From positions 1-53,493 of the forward strand of contig CALVIS010000003.1 of NCBI GenBank assembly GCA_944331805.1: a stretch of DNA of 53,493 bases, read 5' to 3'. The position numbers and the translations under genes were made by a program. How positions within the stretch are numbered: the first letter of the stretch is position 1; every line of letters starts with the position of its first letter. This document shows positions 29,965-40,497 of the stretch, piece by piece. This DNA is from an uncultured Bacilli bacterium (GTDB lineage Bacteria > Bacillota_I > Bacilli_A > RF39 > UBA660). The notes beneath the pieces were generated by a model that did not search any database, had not been told where the DNA came from, and worked only from the letters and a program-made list of their open reading frames with translations.

Positions 29965-30756
29965 TTATTTAACAAAATCCGCCTTAACATTAGCTATCAT
30001 AACTATTAATTTATCTTCTTCTAAATCAGAAAGATCAAAAACATCTTTTGATGCTGCTACCGGTATTATACCTATAGATGTTTTAACTTTTATTAATGTA
30101 AATGGAACTAACTCCTCTCCGATTATAGCATTAACAGATGAAAAGGACACAACTCTACCAATAATAATTGAACTAATATATCCACCAAAAATATCTCCAT
30201 TACCAACAAATTCTTCACTATAGCCATTTACATCTAAATCTAATTCTTTAACTTTTATAGGTTTAATAAATCCTAATGCTTTATTTACTTCCTCCATAGT
30301 ACTAAATATAGATAATATAAAAGGAAATGCTGATATATAAACATCTTTTCTCTTATTAACGATATCCCTATCTTCTATTTTATATCTATTAACTGTCTCT
30401 ATTTGAAAATGAACATTATTATCTACTGTATGAACATTATAATATTCATTAGAATCACTAGACTCTTTAAGCTTTGAATCAAACTCTAAAGTTATTTTAT
30501 TTTCATTAAGTAATTCTAAATCTACATCTAATATTTCATAAGAGTCTCCATCTTTAGATAATTTAGTTGTTATTACTTCTTTTCCAATTATTTCCATATT
30601 ATTTTTATCAAGGATATCTTTTGAGGCAATTATTATTTTTTTATCTTCACTTATAAAAACATTCGTTGAATTATTAAAATCCTTTTTAATAATACCTAAG
30701 AAAATATTATTTTCTTTTTCTTTGTTTTTTACAATTGAATTTAAATGTACTGGCAT
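29965..30756 (-). CDS. Hypothetical protein (~263 aa, beta-rich)
   Basis: Open frame with GGAGGTG RBS before ATG 30756; no recognisable motif. Confidence 0.7.
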   Translation of the reverse strand: MPVHLNSIVKNKEKENNIFLGIIKKDFNNSTNVFISEDKKIIIASKDILDKNNMEIIGKEVITTKLSKDGDSYEILDVDLELLNENKITLEFDSKLKESSDSNEYYNVHTVDNNVHFQIETVNRYKIEDRDIVNKRKDVYISAFPFILSIFSTMEEVNKALGFIKPIKVKELDLDVNGYSEEFVGNGDIFGGYISSIIIGRVVSFSSVNAIIGEELVPFTLIKVKTSIGIIPVAASKDVFDLSDLEEDKLIVMIANVKADFVK

Positions 30757-30839
30757 ACTACACCTCCATGTTTCTATAAGAATAATATAACATAAATATA
30801 ACTTTAACTTCAATCTTAAATAGTAATTAATATCTTAAG

Positions 30840-30948
30840 AAAAAAATCGACTCCTAAGAATCGACTATATCATTAAGTCTATAAGACTATATTCCCATTA
30901 TGGGGCAATAAACCAATGAGTTTTGCACCCAAGTTAGTAATACTTGAT
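30840..30948 (-). ncRNA. Putative ~110-nt structured small RNA
   Basis: Extended -10 TGtTATAAT (30955-30963) and -35 TTGATG (30979-30984); GC-richer body with hairpins; terminator GTCGATTC-TTAG-GAGTCGAT-T tract (30840-30866); no RBS-led ORF seen. Confidence 0.5.
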
Positions 30949-30991
30949 GAATTAATTATAACATATTTATTCAATATACATCAACATTATT

Positions 30992-31162
30992 TTATTTAAT
31001 TCCGTAAATATAAGAATTTTTTTGTACTTGTGGAGTATTTATTTTTAATGATGTAAAATTGGCTTGTGACAAATTTTTTCCATACTTGCCTTTTTTTGCA
31101 TCACTAACGAATGATAGGATACTTTTATTTTTATTTTCTGTTTTTTCAGTATTCTTTTTCAT
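30992..31162 (-). CDS. Unannotated 56-aa basic microprotein (MKKNTEKTENKNKSILSFVSDAKKGKYGKNLSQANFTSLKINTPQVQKNSYIYGIK)
   Basis: AGGAGGT RBS; own promoter TTGCAT-N17-TATAAT (31208-31180); shorter than any ORF in the supplied track. Confidence 0.65.
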   Translation of the reverse strand: MKKNTEKTENKNKSILSFVSDAKKGKYGKNLSQANFTSLKINTPQVQKNSYIYGIK

Positions 31163-31213
31163 ATAGACCTCCTATTATTATTATATTTCATTATTCTTTT
31201 TTATGCAATTATC

Positions 31214-32413
31214 TTAACATATTTTTTTCTTAAATTGACTTTCTATTTGACTTCTAACACCTTGAAGATTTATATTAAACCCACATTCACATTTTAGCTC
31301 GTTGTCTATCGGAAATGGAATTCTACCTTTTTTGCTCATTTCAGCATCAATTTGTTTATTATTAATCAATTTAGCATATAACTTATGAACTTTTCCACAA
31401 TTTGGACATTCTTGATCTAATTCAACATTATGTATATTGTCTGGTATTACTTGTTGTACATTAGATTGAGTATTAGGTTGAGCATTAAAAGAAATAATTT
31501 GATCAGAAGTACACATAATTTTATAAGAATTACTCATGTTTAACATCATTCTACATACCATATTGATTTTATACACAATTTCTCCAATATCTTTATTATT
31601 TTCATCATCTAAATCAACTATTCTCAATCCTAACTCCTCTAAATCTTCTAGTTTTAAGGATCTACCATGAGTTCTCCAAAAATTATGATTACTTAATTTT
31701 TTAGCAATTGATGTTGCTCTAGATTTTCTCATTCTGTCAGTTACTGGTTTGTGCGTTGTTTCTGTGGTTTCCCAATTCTTAAATTTATAATCATTCAACC
31801 ACTTTTTTACTAAATCTTCAGCAAACTTTAATGAGTTTATAACACCATTTAACTCCCCAGGAGTTATTTGTGATAATATTACAACATCTGCTGGATTTAA
31901 TGTACCTGTTTTTTCAGCTTCTTTTTTCTTTTGATTCATCCAATCAATATAATCATATGCAGATACTACATTACCATGCATTACTATTTGTGCATCAATA
32001 GGTCCCAAACTTCCTGTTTGGGTCATTAAAATTTCATCACCTGACATAGCCATAATAGTACCAGCACTTTTTGCCTCTCCACAAATAACGAAAGATACTT
32101 TGTCATAGTTTTTTCTAGTTAGTTTTACTATTTCCTCAGCTGTTGTTCCACTTCCACCAGGAGTTTCGATATATATGTCTAAATTCTGGCTAGTATTAGT
32201 TTCATTTTTCTCTATTAAATCTTTTATAAAGTAATAATCTTTTTGTTCTAATGAACTTGGTAAATTTGGATTAAATGATGAAACATATAAAAACATATAT
32301 GTATTTCTTTTTGAGTTATAAAGTTTTATTAATCTTTTTAATTCTTTTTCAAATTCATTATATCCCCAATGCTCAAGATTTATTTTTTTCATGTATTCAC
32401 TCAAAACTGTCAT
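31214..32413 (-). CDS. SDH-family Clp-fold serine protease with C-terminal zinc ribbon
   Basis: ETPGGSG, AKSAGT (catalytic Ser), LGPIDAQ, HGR; C-terminal CPNC...CECG. Confidence 0.85.
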   Translation of the reverse strand: MTVLSEYMKKINLEHWGYNEFEKELKRLIKLYNSKRNTYMFLYVSSFNPNLPSSLEQKDYYFIKDLIEKNETNTSQNLDIYIETPGGSGTTAEEIVKLTRKNYDKVSFVICGEAKSAGTIMAMSGDEILMTQTGSLGPIDAQIVMHGNVVSAYDYIDWMNQKKKEAEKTGTLNPADVVILSQITPGELNGVINSLKFAEDLVKKWLNDYKFKNWETTETTHKPVTDRMRKSRATSIAKKLSNHNFWRTHGRSLKLEDLEELGLRIVDLDDENNKDIGEIVYKINMVCRMMLNMSNSYKIMCTSDQIISFNAQPNTQSNVQQVIPDNIHNVELDQECPNCGKVHKLYAKLINNKQIDAEMSKKGRIPFPIDNELKCECGFNINLQGVRSQIESQFKKKIC

Positions 32414-32460
32414 AATTTATCACCTCTTGTTCTAATATTATATACCTTTTATTATTTTTT

Positions 32461-33360
32461 TCAATATTTACTTACTATCTTATTGAATATTGGTACATTA
32501 CCTTTATAACTCTTTGGAGAGATAGGACTAGGATGATAAATAGGTAATATCTTATAACCATTTATTTCGTATATGTTACCAACCACTTCTGAAAATTTAT
32601 TAAATTTAAAATTAAGTAAATTTCTAGTTGGAAATTCTCCTAAGGTAATAACTAATTTAGGATTTAATATTCTTAATTGTTCTAACATTATACTTTTACA
32701 ATTACTAGAGCAAGTTTTTAAATTTTTTCTTTCATGTGGATAACACTTAACTGATTCTAAAAATGTAGTTTCAAAAATATCTCTATCAATAATATCAAAT
32801 AGTTTTTGCAATACAACACCACTAGGTAACACTTTATCATTTACATCAGTCCATAGTTTATGACTTTTTCTCCAACCATTATTTGCAGGTGCTTCGCCAA
32901 CTAAAACTATGTCATTATCTTTTCCAAGAAATACTGTTGCAGCATTAGGAAATTTATCAACTAATTCACTACAAGATTTACATGAATATACTTTTTCATC
33001 TACTTGTTTTAGTAATTCTTTTACTAATCTTGCTTTTAATATTTTATATCTATTTTTTGTATCTTCTGTTAATATATTTTTTCTATCTATAATTTGATAA
33101 TCTTTATAATCCATTTCATGATTAAACTGACTTGAAGTTAAATCTATAATTTTGTCCTCTATTAAATTAAAATAATGACTAATTCCATCAACATAAATTT
33201 TACAAATAACTCCACCAAAATAATCATTAATGATTAGAGATGTTATTGCACACATACCAAAGCATTTATTATTATCATTCCAATCATCTTGAACTTTAGG
33301 ATAACATAAATCTTTTGAGTAACATTCTAATAATGCTTTTTGTATATTTTCAATATTCAC
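32461..33360 (-). CDS. YunG-like domain fused to uracil-DNA glycosylase (family 4-like)
   Basis: N-terminal GMCAITSL...HYFN...DLT; C-terminal CKSC, VGEAP, VKCYP, C, HPSP; GTG start behind GAGGTG. Confidence 0.8.
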   Translation of the reverse strand: MNIENIQKALLECYSKDLCYPKVQDDWNDNNKCFGMCAITSLIINDYFGGVICKIYVDGISHYFNLIEDKIIDLTSSQFNHEMDYKDYQIIDRKNILTEDTKNRYKILKARLVKELLKQVDEKVYSCKSCSELVDKFPNAATVFLGKDNDIVLVGEAPANNGWRKSHKLWTDVNDKVLPSGVVLQKLFDIIDRDIFETTFLESVKCYPHERKNLKTCSSNCKSIMLEQLRILNPKLVITLGEFPTRNLLNFKFNKFSEVVGNIYEINGYKILPIYHPSPISPKSYKGNVPIFNKIVSKY

Positions 33361-33413
33361 AATAACACCTCGTTTCATTAAGTTTTAACTATAAATATTA
33401 TATCAAATAAAAT

Positions 33414-33968
33414 TTAGCGTGTCTTGAATTTTAAATTGTTTTTTTGCATTTCTAAATGCCATTTATATTCTTCCAATTCTTTTAAATAATCTCTTTTAAA
33501 ATAATTTTCATATAGCCATTTAACACCTTCTTCTTTAACGCATATAACATCTTCTTCTTCAAAGGTTATAGGATAAGGAAAAACTTTCCTCATCCTATGA
33601 AGTGCTACATGAATAACACTTACACTTTTATCAAATTTATATGGTAGAAATCTTAAAGAAGTAGATACATATTTATTTCTTTTATGATCTATTCCTAACT
33701 CATTTTCTAAACCAAAAATTTTTTCTTTATAAAACTCAATTTCAGAAGTTAAGTAATGTACTTCTTTATTGAAATAAACTTTATTTAACCACTCAACACA
33801 TTCCTTTTTTATATACATTTTTGATTTATTATCTTTATCTCTTTCAATCCATAAAAAATAATCATATTTGTGTCTTCGTTTTATATTTCTTAATACTCTT
33901 CCAAATTGTTTAGTTGTTAATGAAAACATTTCTTGAATATCTTTTCTTTCTATCCATTCTTGATTCAT
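33414..33968 (-). CDS. Putative DNA-binding protein with two tandem repeats
   Basis: HTH-like ERKDIQEMFSLTTKQFGR; internal repeat IKKECVEWLNKVYF / VKEEGVKWLYENYF; AAAGGAG RBS. Confidence 0.6.
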   Translation of the reverse strand: MNQEWIERKDIQEMFSLTTKQFGRVLRNIKRRHKYDYFLWIERDKDNKSKMYIKKECVEWLNKVYFNKEVHYLTSEIEFYKEKIFGLENELGIDHKRNKYVSTSLRFLPYKFDKSVSVIHVALHRMRKVFPYPITFEEEDVICVKEEGVKWLYENYFKRDYLKELEEYKWHLEMQKNNLKFKTR

Positions 33969-34026
33969 ACACATCTCCTTTCAAAATAATAGGGAACGGG
34001 TAACGTAATATAGAAATTCAATATAT

Positions 34027-34081
34027 CAAGCATGGTGTATACACACCCGTCCACTTGTTAGGGAATTCTCCCTAAGACCCC
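34027..34081 (-). other. oriT-like inverted-repeat element
   Basis: GC-rich patch; minus strand TTAGGGA-GAAT-TCCCTAA hairpin, CAAG, then GGTGT-GTAT-ACACC hairpin abutting ATGCTTG (similar to MOBP-type nic sequences). Confidence 0.5.
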
Positions 34082-34086
34082 AATAA

Positions 34087-34293
34087 TTAGTCTCCGACAG
34101 TTTTATTTTTTTCTATATATTTCTCACTAACTTTATTAGATTTTTCAATCATTTCTTTCACTTCTTTTTCATAGTTCTTATTATTAATTAATGCTTCAGA
34201 AAGCAAAGAATATGGTATATCCTTTGCATTTTCTTTAAAATACTCTAACAATTGTGGCACAACTATTTCAAAGAAATAATTTATAAAATTCAC
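34087..34293 (-). CDS. Small hypothetical protein (~65 aa)
   Basis: Open frame with an RBS-like GAAGGTG that overlaps the annotated GTG, so the start is uncertain. Confidence 0.5.
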   Translation of the reverse strand: MNFINYFFEIVVPQLLEYFKENAKDIPYSLLSEALINNKNYEKEVKEMIEKSNKVSEKYIEKNKTVGD

Positions 34294-34314
34294 CTTCTTT
34301 CAAAATTTAGGCAC

Positions 34315-34340
34315 AAAAAAAGAACACATTTCTGTGTTCA
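34315..34340 (-). terminator. Terminator ending the recombinase cargo operon
   Basis: GAACACA-GAAA-TGTGTTC followed by T tract. Confidence 0.7.
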
Positions 34341-34362
34341 ATTAAATAAATTTTCAATATTT

Positions 34363-34767
34363 TTAGAATGTATAAGTTTCTAAAACTTCTCCTTCTTCAT
34401 CATAAATTATTGCATCTGCATTAGCCATATACAATACTTGAAATTCTGGATTATCAAGTGTATATCCTGCTTCTAATGCCCAATCAAATTCATCAATAAC
34501 AGCTTGTTTAACTTTCATATTTTGACTATCATCTATCAATTCACAATTAATTCTTATCCATTTTTCATCATCATACGCTACTATACAAACATTATTATTT
34601 TTTTCAATTTGTTTAGATACATTTTTGTGTTTATTAGTAATAACATATATCTTATTATCAACCATAATTGGATCTCCAAATGGTCTACAACTTGGTTTTC
34701 CATCATTAATTGTAGATACATAATTTACTTGTGTGTTTTCTTTTAAAAATTTATAAGTTTCATTCAT
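34363..34767 (-). CDS. Pyridoxamine 5'-phosphate oxidase-like FMN-binding split-barrel protein
   Basis: STINDGKPSCRPFG, TNKHKNVSKQIEKNNNVCI, WIRI motifs. Confidence 0.8.
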   Translation of the reverse strand: MNETYKFLKENTQVNYVSTINDGKPSCRPFGDPIMVDNKIYVITNKHKNVSKQIEKNNNVCIVAYDDEKWIRINCELIDDSQNMKVKQAVIDEFDWALEAGYTLDNPEFQVLYMANADAIIYDEEGEVLETYTF

Positions 34768-34791
34768 TTTTTATATTTCCTTTCATTTAAA

Positions 34792-35265
34792 TTATAATTT
34801 ATTTACTATCTTTTTTATATCACCACTAATAATTTTCCAATCATCAATAGTCTCAAATCCTAATCTCTTATACCAACAATATGGGAATCCATTTTCATCT
34901 TCATAAGTATGAGCTTCTAATGTAGTAGCGTCATATTTATCAATAGCATATTCAAATAATTTTTTAAATAACATTTTGGCAATTCCTTTTTGTTGATATT
35001 CTTTACAAACAAAAGTTTCACCATCTTCTAAATGCATACCATTCCACCAAGGTTTTAAACAAGTCATAATTACACCAACTGGAATTTCATTATCATAAGC
35101 AATAAAAAATAAATCAGGTGCTTGATTATAAAAGTATTTAAATAATTTTATTGCAGATTCTTTTGTCCATTTTTCTTCTAGAACTGAATTATTGTAATAA
35201 TTAGAATATTCTTCTGCAATTATTTCTAAATCTTTTTCTTGTTTTAGATTACTAATTTCTATCAT
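34792..35265 (-). CDS. GNAT acetyltransferase (aminoglycoside AAC(6')-like cannot be excluded)
   Basis: Acetyl-CoA motif FVCKEYQQKGIA, WYKRLGF; EKWT and KPWWNG. Confidence 0.8.
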   Translation of the reverse strand: MIEISNLKQEKDLEIIAEEYSNYYNNSVLEEKWTKESAIKLFKYFYNQAPDLFFIAYDNEIPVGVIMTCLKPWWNGMHLEDGETFVCKEYQQKGIAKMLFKKLFEYAIDKYDATTLEAHTYEDENGFPYCWYKRLGFETIDDWKIISGDIKKIVNKL

Positions 35266-35280
35266 TTTATTTTGTCCTTT

Positions 35281-36102
35281 CTAATTTAATTCTATTATTT
35301 CTAAATCATCAGGTATTAAAATATTATTAGAATAATACTGTTTACCTTCGTTTAAATATAATTCCTTTCTATTATTTAGATGTGTATCTTCAGTATGAAA
35401 TAATATTAAGTTTTTTATATTAAAATCTTTAAAATTTTCACATACTGATTTTACAGTAGAATGATGTTTTTCATAAGGTTTAAAAATATCTTGTTCACTA
35501 TCTAAACAAAAGGCTTCGTGCATTACGTAATCACAGTTTTTAATTTTATCATAAATTTCTGGGTTACAAGTTTCATCACCAAGGAAAACAAGTTTTTTAT
35601 TATCGTCTAATTCTGTTTCAAATCCATATAATTTATTTCCTCTGGCTTTTGCATCAAAAAAAGTATAATCCTTGCCAGCAATATTTTTCGTTTCATTATC
35701 ATTTAAAATAACAATATTTAAATATTTAGTAATTAAATCGACATATAAATTAGGAAATAAATTAGGATAAATGTTCCTTATTGAATTTGCTACTTCATCA
35801 TTACAATATATATTTAAAGACCCTTCATATTTTCCAGAACGTATCATCCCAGCTAATCTTTTTAAAATCCAAAATAACCCAAGTATATGATCAGTATGAC
35901 AATGAGAGATAAATATATCATGAATTTGACCAAGATTTATATTTAGCTTTTGTAAATTTTGAACAATATGAGCGCTCCCTCCTGTATCAATTAGAAAATA
36001 CTTATCATCATTTTGCATTAGAAAACATGTATTATAGCAATCAAATACAAATCCATGTCCTGTTCCAATCATTATTAATTTTTGCAAAAAAATCATCTCC
36101 AT
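35281..36102 (-). CDS. Metallo-beta-lactamase fold hydrolase (RNase Z-like)
   Basis: IGTG, LIDTG, SHCHTDH (HxHxDH), LGDE, HEAFC, HHST, FHTED. Confidence 0.85.
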   Translation of the reverse strand: MEMIFLQKLIMIGTGHGFVFDCYNTCFLMQNDDKYFLIDTGGSAHIVQNLQKLNINLGQIHDIFISHCHTDHILGLFWILKRLAGMIRSGKYEGSLNIYCNDEVANSIRNIYPNLFPNLYVDLITKYLNIVILNDNETKNIAGKDYTFFDAKARGNKLYGFETELDDNKKLVFLGDETCNPEIYDKIKNCDYVMHEAFCLDSEQDIFKPYEKHHSTVKSVCENFKDFNIKNLILFHTEDTHLNNRKELYLNEGKQYYSNNILIPDDLEIIELN

Positions 36103-36125
36103 TTCACTTAATATTTTACCATATT

Positions 36126-37865
<1,740 letters not shown>

Positions 37866-37897
37866 TCATCTCTCCTTTTCTATATTTTTTAAACGAC

Positions 37898-38010
37898 AAA
37901 AAAACACAAGAGAATTTCCCTTGTGTAAGAACTTCAAAAACTACTCAATATACGACTTATCTAGAATTGTCGTATATTACCATAATACCACATTTTTTTA
38001 GGACATGCAA
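37898..38010 (-). promoter_or_regulatory. Recombinase promoter with operator-like palindrome and leader terminator
   Basis: TTGCAT-N17-TATTAT with TG extension (38010-37982); 10-bp perfect inverted repeat AATATACGAC/GTCGTATATT (37947-37978); terminator ACACAAGGGAA-A-TTCTCTTGTGT-T tract (37898-37926) before the RBS. Confidence 0.6.
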
Positions 38011-38089
38011 CGGCACGATTTTGAAAAATAGATAGTAAAAATACCATTTTACCCTTATAAACAAAGGGAAAAATAAAATTTAAATTTTT

Positions 38090-38383
38090 TTAATTTTTTT
38101 CTAAAAACCCATTAACTATGTTTGTTAGTTCTGATATGGTAACAACATCAGATAACTCTTCATTATATAGATTTGTATCATCATCATAACAAAGTAAAAC
38201 TAATGTATCTATACCGTTACTAATAATAATTTTATGTGGTTCTTTTAATCCTAAATTAGAATTATTAAAGATAATATTCTTTCCTGCAATATATTCTATG
38301 TTTAGTTTAGTTATATCTTTAATTCTTAGTATCTTATTTTTTACGCACAAAGGAAATTCTAAAATTTCTATGGACACATTCAT
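38090..38383 (-). CDS. Hypothetical protein (97 aa)
   Basis: Open frame with AGGTGGTGA RBS-like sequence, first gene after the tRNA terminator. Confidence 0.65.
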   Translation of the reverse strand: MNVSIEILEFPLCVKNKILRIKDITKLNIEYIAGKNIIFNNSNLGLKEPHKIIISNGIDTLVLLCYDDDTNLYNEELSDVVTISELTNIVNGFLEKN

Positions 38384-38410
38384 TTTATAATCTCACCACC
38401 TTTGCTAAAG

Positions 38411-38445
38411 AAAAAAGTCCATAATACCAAGTATTACGAACTTTT
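38411..38445 (-). terminator. tRNA-His terminator
   Basis: AAAAGTTCGTAATAC-TTG-GTATTATGGACTTTT hairpin with T tail. Confidence 0.7.
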
Positions 38446-38483
38446 ACTTATTTAACACACAAAGGTGTGCGTAAATTTCAATA

Positions 38484-38560
38484 TGGGGCGGTATAAGGGA
38501 ATCGAACCCTTGCATACTGGTGCCACAAACCAGCGTGTTAACCACTTCACCAATACCGCC
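38484..38560 (-). tRNA. tRNA-His (GTG)
   Basis: Reverse complement GGCGGTATTGGTGAAGTGGTTAACACGCTGGTTTGTGGCACCAGTATGCAAGGGTTCGATTCCCTTATACCGCCCCA: cloverleaf, GTG anticodon, TTCGA loop, G-1, encoded CCA. Confidence 0.96.
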
Positions 38561-38660
38561 ATCTGAAATACATACCTATTATAACCATAAAACTATCAAT
38601 TACGCAAGTTTTTTTTGCAATAATGTATAAAAAATAGAAATATGTAAATAATAAAAATAA

Positions 38661-38702
38661 TTAGCACTTTAACTTGACAAGTGCTAAAATTAGTGCTATA
38701 AC
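38661..38702 (+). promoter_or_regulatory. CIRCE (HrcA operator) overlapping the sigma-A promoter of hsp20
   Basis: TTAGCACTT-N9-AAGTGCTAA (38661-38687); -35 TTGACA 38674-38679, 17-nt spacer, TGcTATAAC. Confidence 0.9.
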
Positions 38703-38729
38703 ATAATTGTGAAAGGAAAGTGATAATAT

Positions 38730-39119
38730 ATGTTACCAACAAGATTTTATTTTGATAATGCATTTGATCAATTATTTGGAAATGAAGGAAGTAAGATGAT
38801 GAATTGTGATATCTATGAAAAAGATAACACATACCATGTAGAAATGGATTTACCAGGATTTAAGAAAGAAGAAATTAAAGTAGAATGTAACAAAGGAAAC
38901 TTAGTTATAACTGCTGAAAAATCTGAAAACACAGAAGATAAAGATGAAGATAAAAAATATCTACGTCGTGAAAGAGTTTATGGTAAATACCAAAGAAGCT
39001 TCTATCTAGGAGATATTAAAGAAGATGCTATTGAAGCTAAATTCGATAATGGTACATTAAGTATTTCTATTCCAAAAATTGATGAAAATGAAAATAAAAG
39101 ACTTATTGATATAAAATAA
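38730..39119 (+). CDS. Small heat-shock protein (Hsp20/alpha-crystallin)
   Basis: DIYE, DLPGFKKEEI, RRERVYGKYQRSF, AKFDNGTLSISIPK; CIRCE upstream. Confidence 0.95.
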   Translation: MLPTRFYFDNAFDQLFGNEGSKMMNCDIYEKDNTYHVEMDLPGFKKEEIKVECNKGNLVITAEKSENTEDKDEDKKYLRRERVYGKYQRSFYLGDIKEDAIEAKFDNGTLSISIPKIDENENKRLIDIK

Positions 39120-39120
39120 T

Positions 39121-39148
39121 AAAAAGGCCAAGTTACTGGTCTTTTTTT
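39121..39148 (+). terminator. Bidirectional terminator between hsp20 and the convergent operon
   Basis: AAAAAGGCCA-N-TGGTCTTTTTTT. Confidence 0.6.
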
Positions 39149-39531
39149 ATATCCCAAAAATAGATAAACAAAGTATTTAAAATAATTCCTAATATTACTA
39201 AATCTATAATAATAAAATTAGTCTTAAAGTAATCATAATTTAGTGTATACATTAAACTATTGGCTCTATAATCTGTATATAATTTAACTACTATTATTCC
39301 TAAATAAAATGTTAATGCAAAAGAAATTAAATTATAACTAACTAATTCTTTATAGATATCTTTTCTACTAAGTACTGTAAATATATTAATTAAAACAAAC
39401 AAACTACACATAACAAGAAAAGTTATCCCAAATGCACCACAGTTAAATACTACATTTAATAGCAAACAAACAAATATAACAAAGAAAACTACAGAAATTA
39501 ATCTCAGATAATAAACTATTTTTTTAAGCAT
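39133..39531 (-). CDS. Membrane protein with about 4 TM helices
   Basis: Four hydrophobic segments; overlaps the stop of the upstream ATPase. Confidence 0.75.
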   Translation of the reverse strand: MLKKIVYYLRLISVVFFVIFVCLLLNVVFNCGAFGITFLVMCSLFVLINIFTVLSRKDIYKELVSYNLISFALTFYLGIIVVKLYTDYRANSLMYTLNYDYFKTNFIIIDLVILGIILNTLFIYFWDIKKDQ

Positions 39532-40456
39532 GTGTTAAACCTCTATCTAATCCATCCGCTATCTCATTCTTAAACTCTTCCTTAAATCTAGGAAGCTCTT
39601 TTTTAATAACATCAGGATAAACATTTTTAGTGTTTTCAATCGCTTTTTCTATATCAAAGATATTTACTTCTTTTCTATTATTATAAATAGCATAAGAAAA
39701 AGCTTGTTGTAAAATAGTTAGAGTTACATCAGGATATCTTGAACCTATTTCATATATTCTTCTATATTCACTAGTAAGATCTGTTAAAAAAGCCATAATC
39801 TTTTGTTTAACATAAGGATCATACATCAACTTAGCACCTGTTTTCTTTTCTATTTTAGGAAGAGTACCCATACAAATAGCAATAGTTTGTTCTCTTGTAG
39901 GTTCCTCTACTTCTACTTTTTGAAAACGTCTAACAAAAGCTTTATCTCTTAAAATATATTGTTCATACTCTTCAGTAGTAGTCGCCCCTATTACTTTAAT
40001 ATCTCCTCTATCAAGACCTGGTTTAAACATATTAGCAAAGTCAAGAGACTCACCCTTACTTCCCATTAAAGTATGAATCTCATCTATAAATAATATTAAG
40101 TTAGTATATTCTTTTAACTCATCTAAAAGTATCTGGATTTTACTTTCTCCTGTATCAGGATCTTCCCCAAGTAATGCTGACGTATTAACTTTAATAATCT
40201 GATAACCCTTTAAGGCATCAGGAACATTACCTAACTGAATCCGATAAGCAAGTCCTTCAACAATAGCAGTTTTACCAACACCAGGTTTACCTGTTAAAAT
40301 AGCAGACTTCTCAGGTGTAAGTAATATCAACACTAATTGTTTAATTTCTTCTTCTCTTCCAATAGCAGGATTAGTAATATATTCTTTTTCTGTAAAATTT
40401 TCTCCATAACTTTTTAATATACTAACTTTACTTTTTCTAATTAACTCATCATTCAT
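39524..40456 (-). CDS. Stand-alone ClpA/B-type AAA+ (NBD1) ATPase
   Basis: PAIGREEEI, Walker A GKPGVGKT, Walker B LFIDEIH, IGATTTEEY, DKAFVRRF. Confidence 0.85.
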   Translation of the reverse strand: MNDELIRKSKVSILKSYGENFTEKEYITNPAIGREEEIKQLVLILLTPEKSAILTGKPGVGKTAIVEGLAYRIQLGNVPDALKGYQIIKVNTSALLGEDPDTGESKIQILLDELKEYTNLILFIDEIHTLMGSKGESLDFANMFKPGLDRGDIKVIGATTTEEYEQYILRDKAFVRRFQKVEVEEPTREQTIAICMGTLPKIEKKTGAKLMYDPYVKQKIMAFLTDLTSEYRRIYEIGSRYPDVTLTILQQAFSYAIYNNRKEVNIFDIEKAIENTKNVYPDVIKKELPRFKEEFKNEIADGLDRGLTHA

Positions 40457-40497
40457 TCTTATCACCTTTACTTCTTTAGTATAACATAAATATTAAA

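Noticed and set aside
30897-30907. TATGGGGC match to the tRNA-His 3' end as an att site
   Set aside because: Only 8 bp, and better explained as part of a hairpin in the putative sRNA
38596-38832. 78-aa minus-strand ORF
   Set aside because: Overlaps hsp20 antisense and its CIRCE/promoter; no RBS or motif seen
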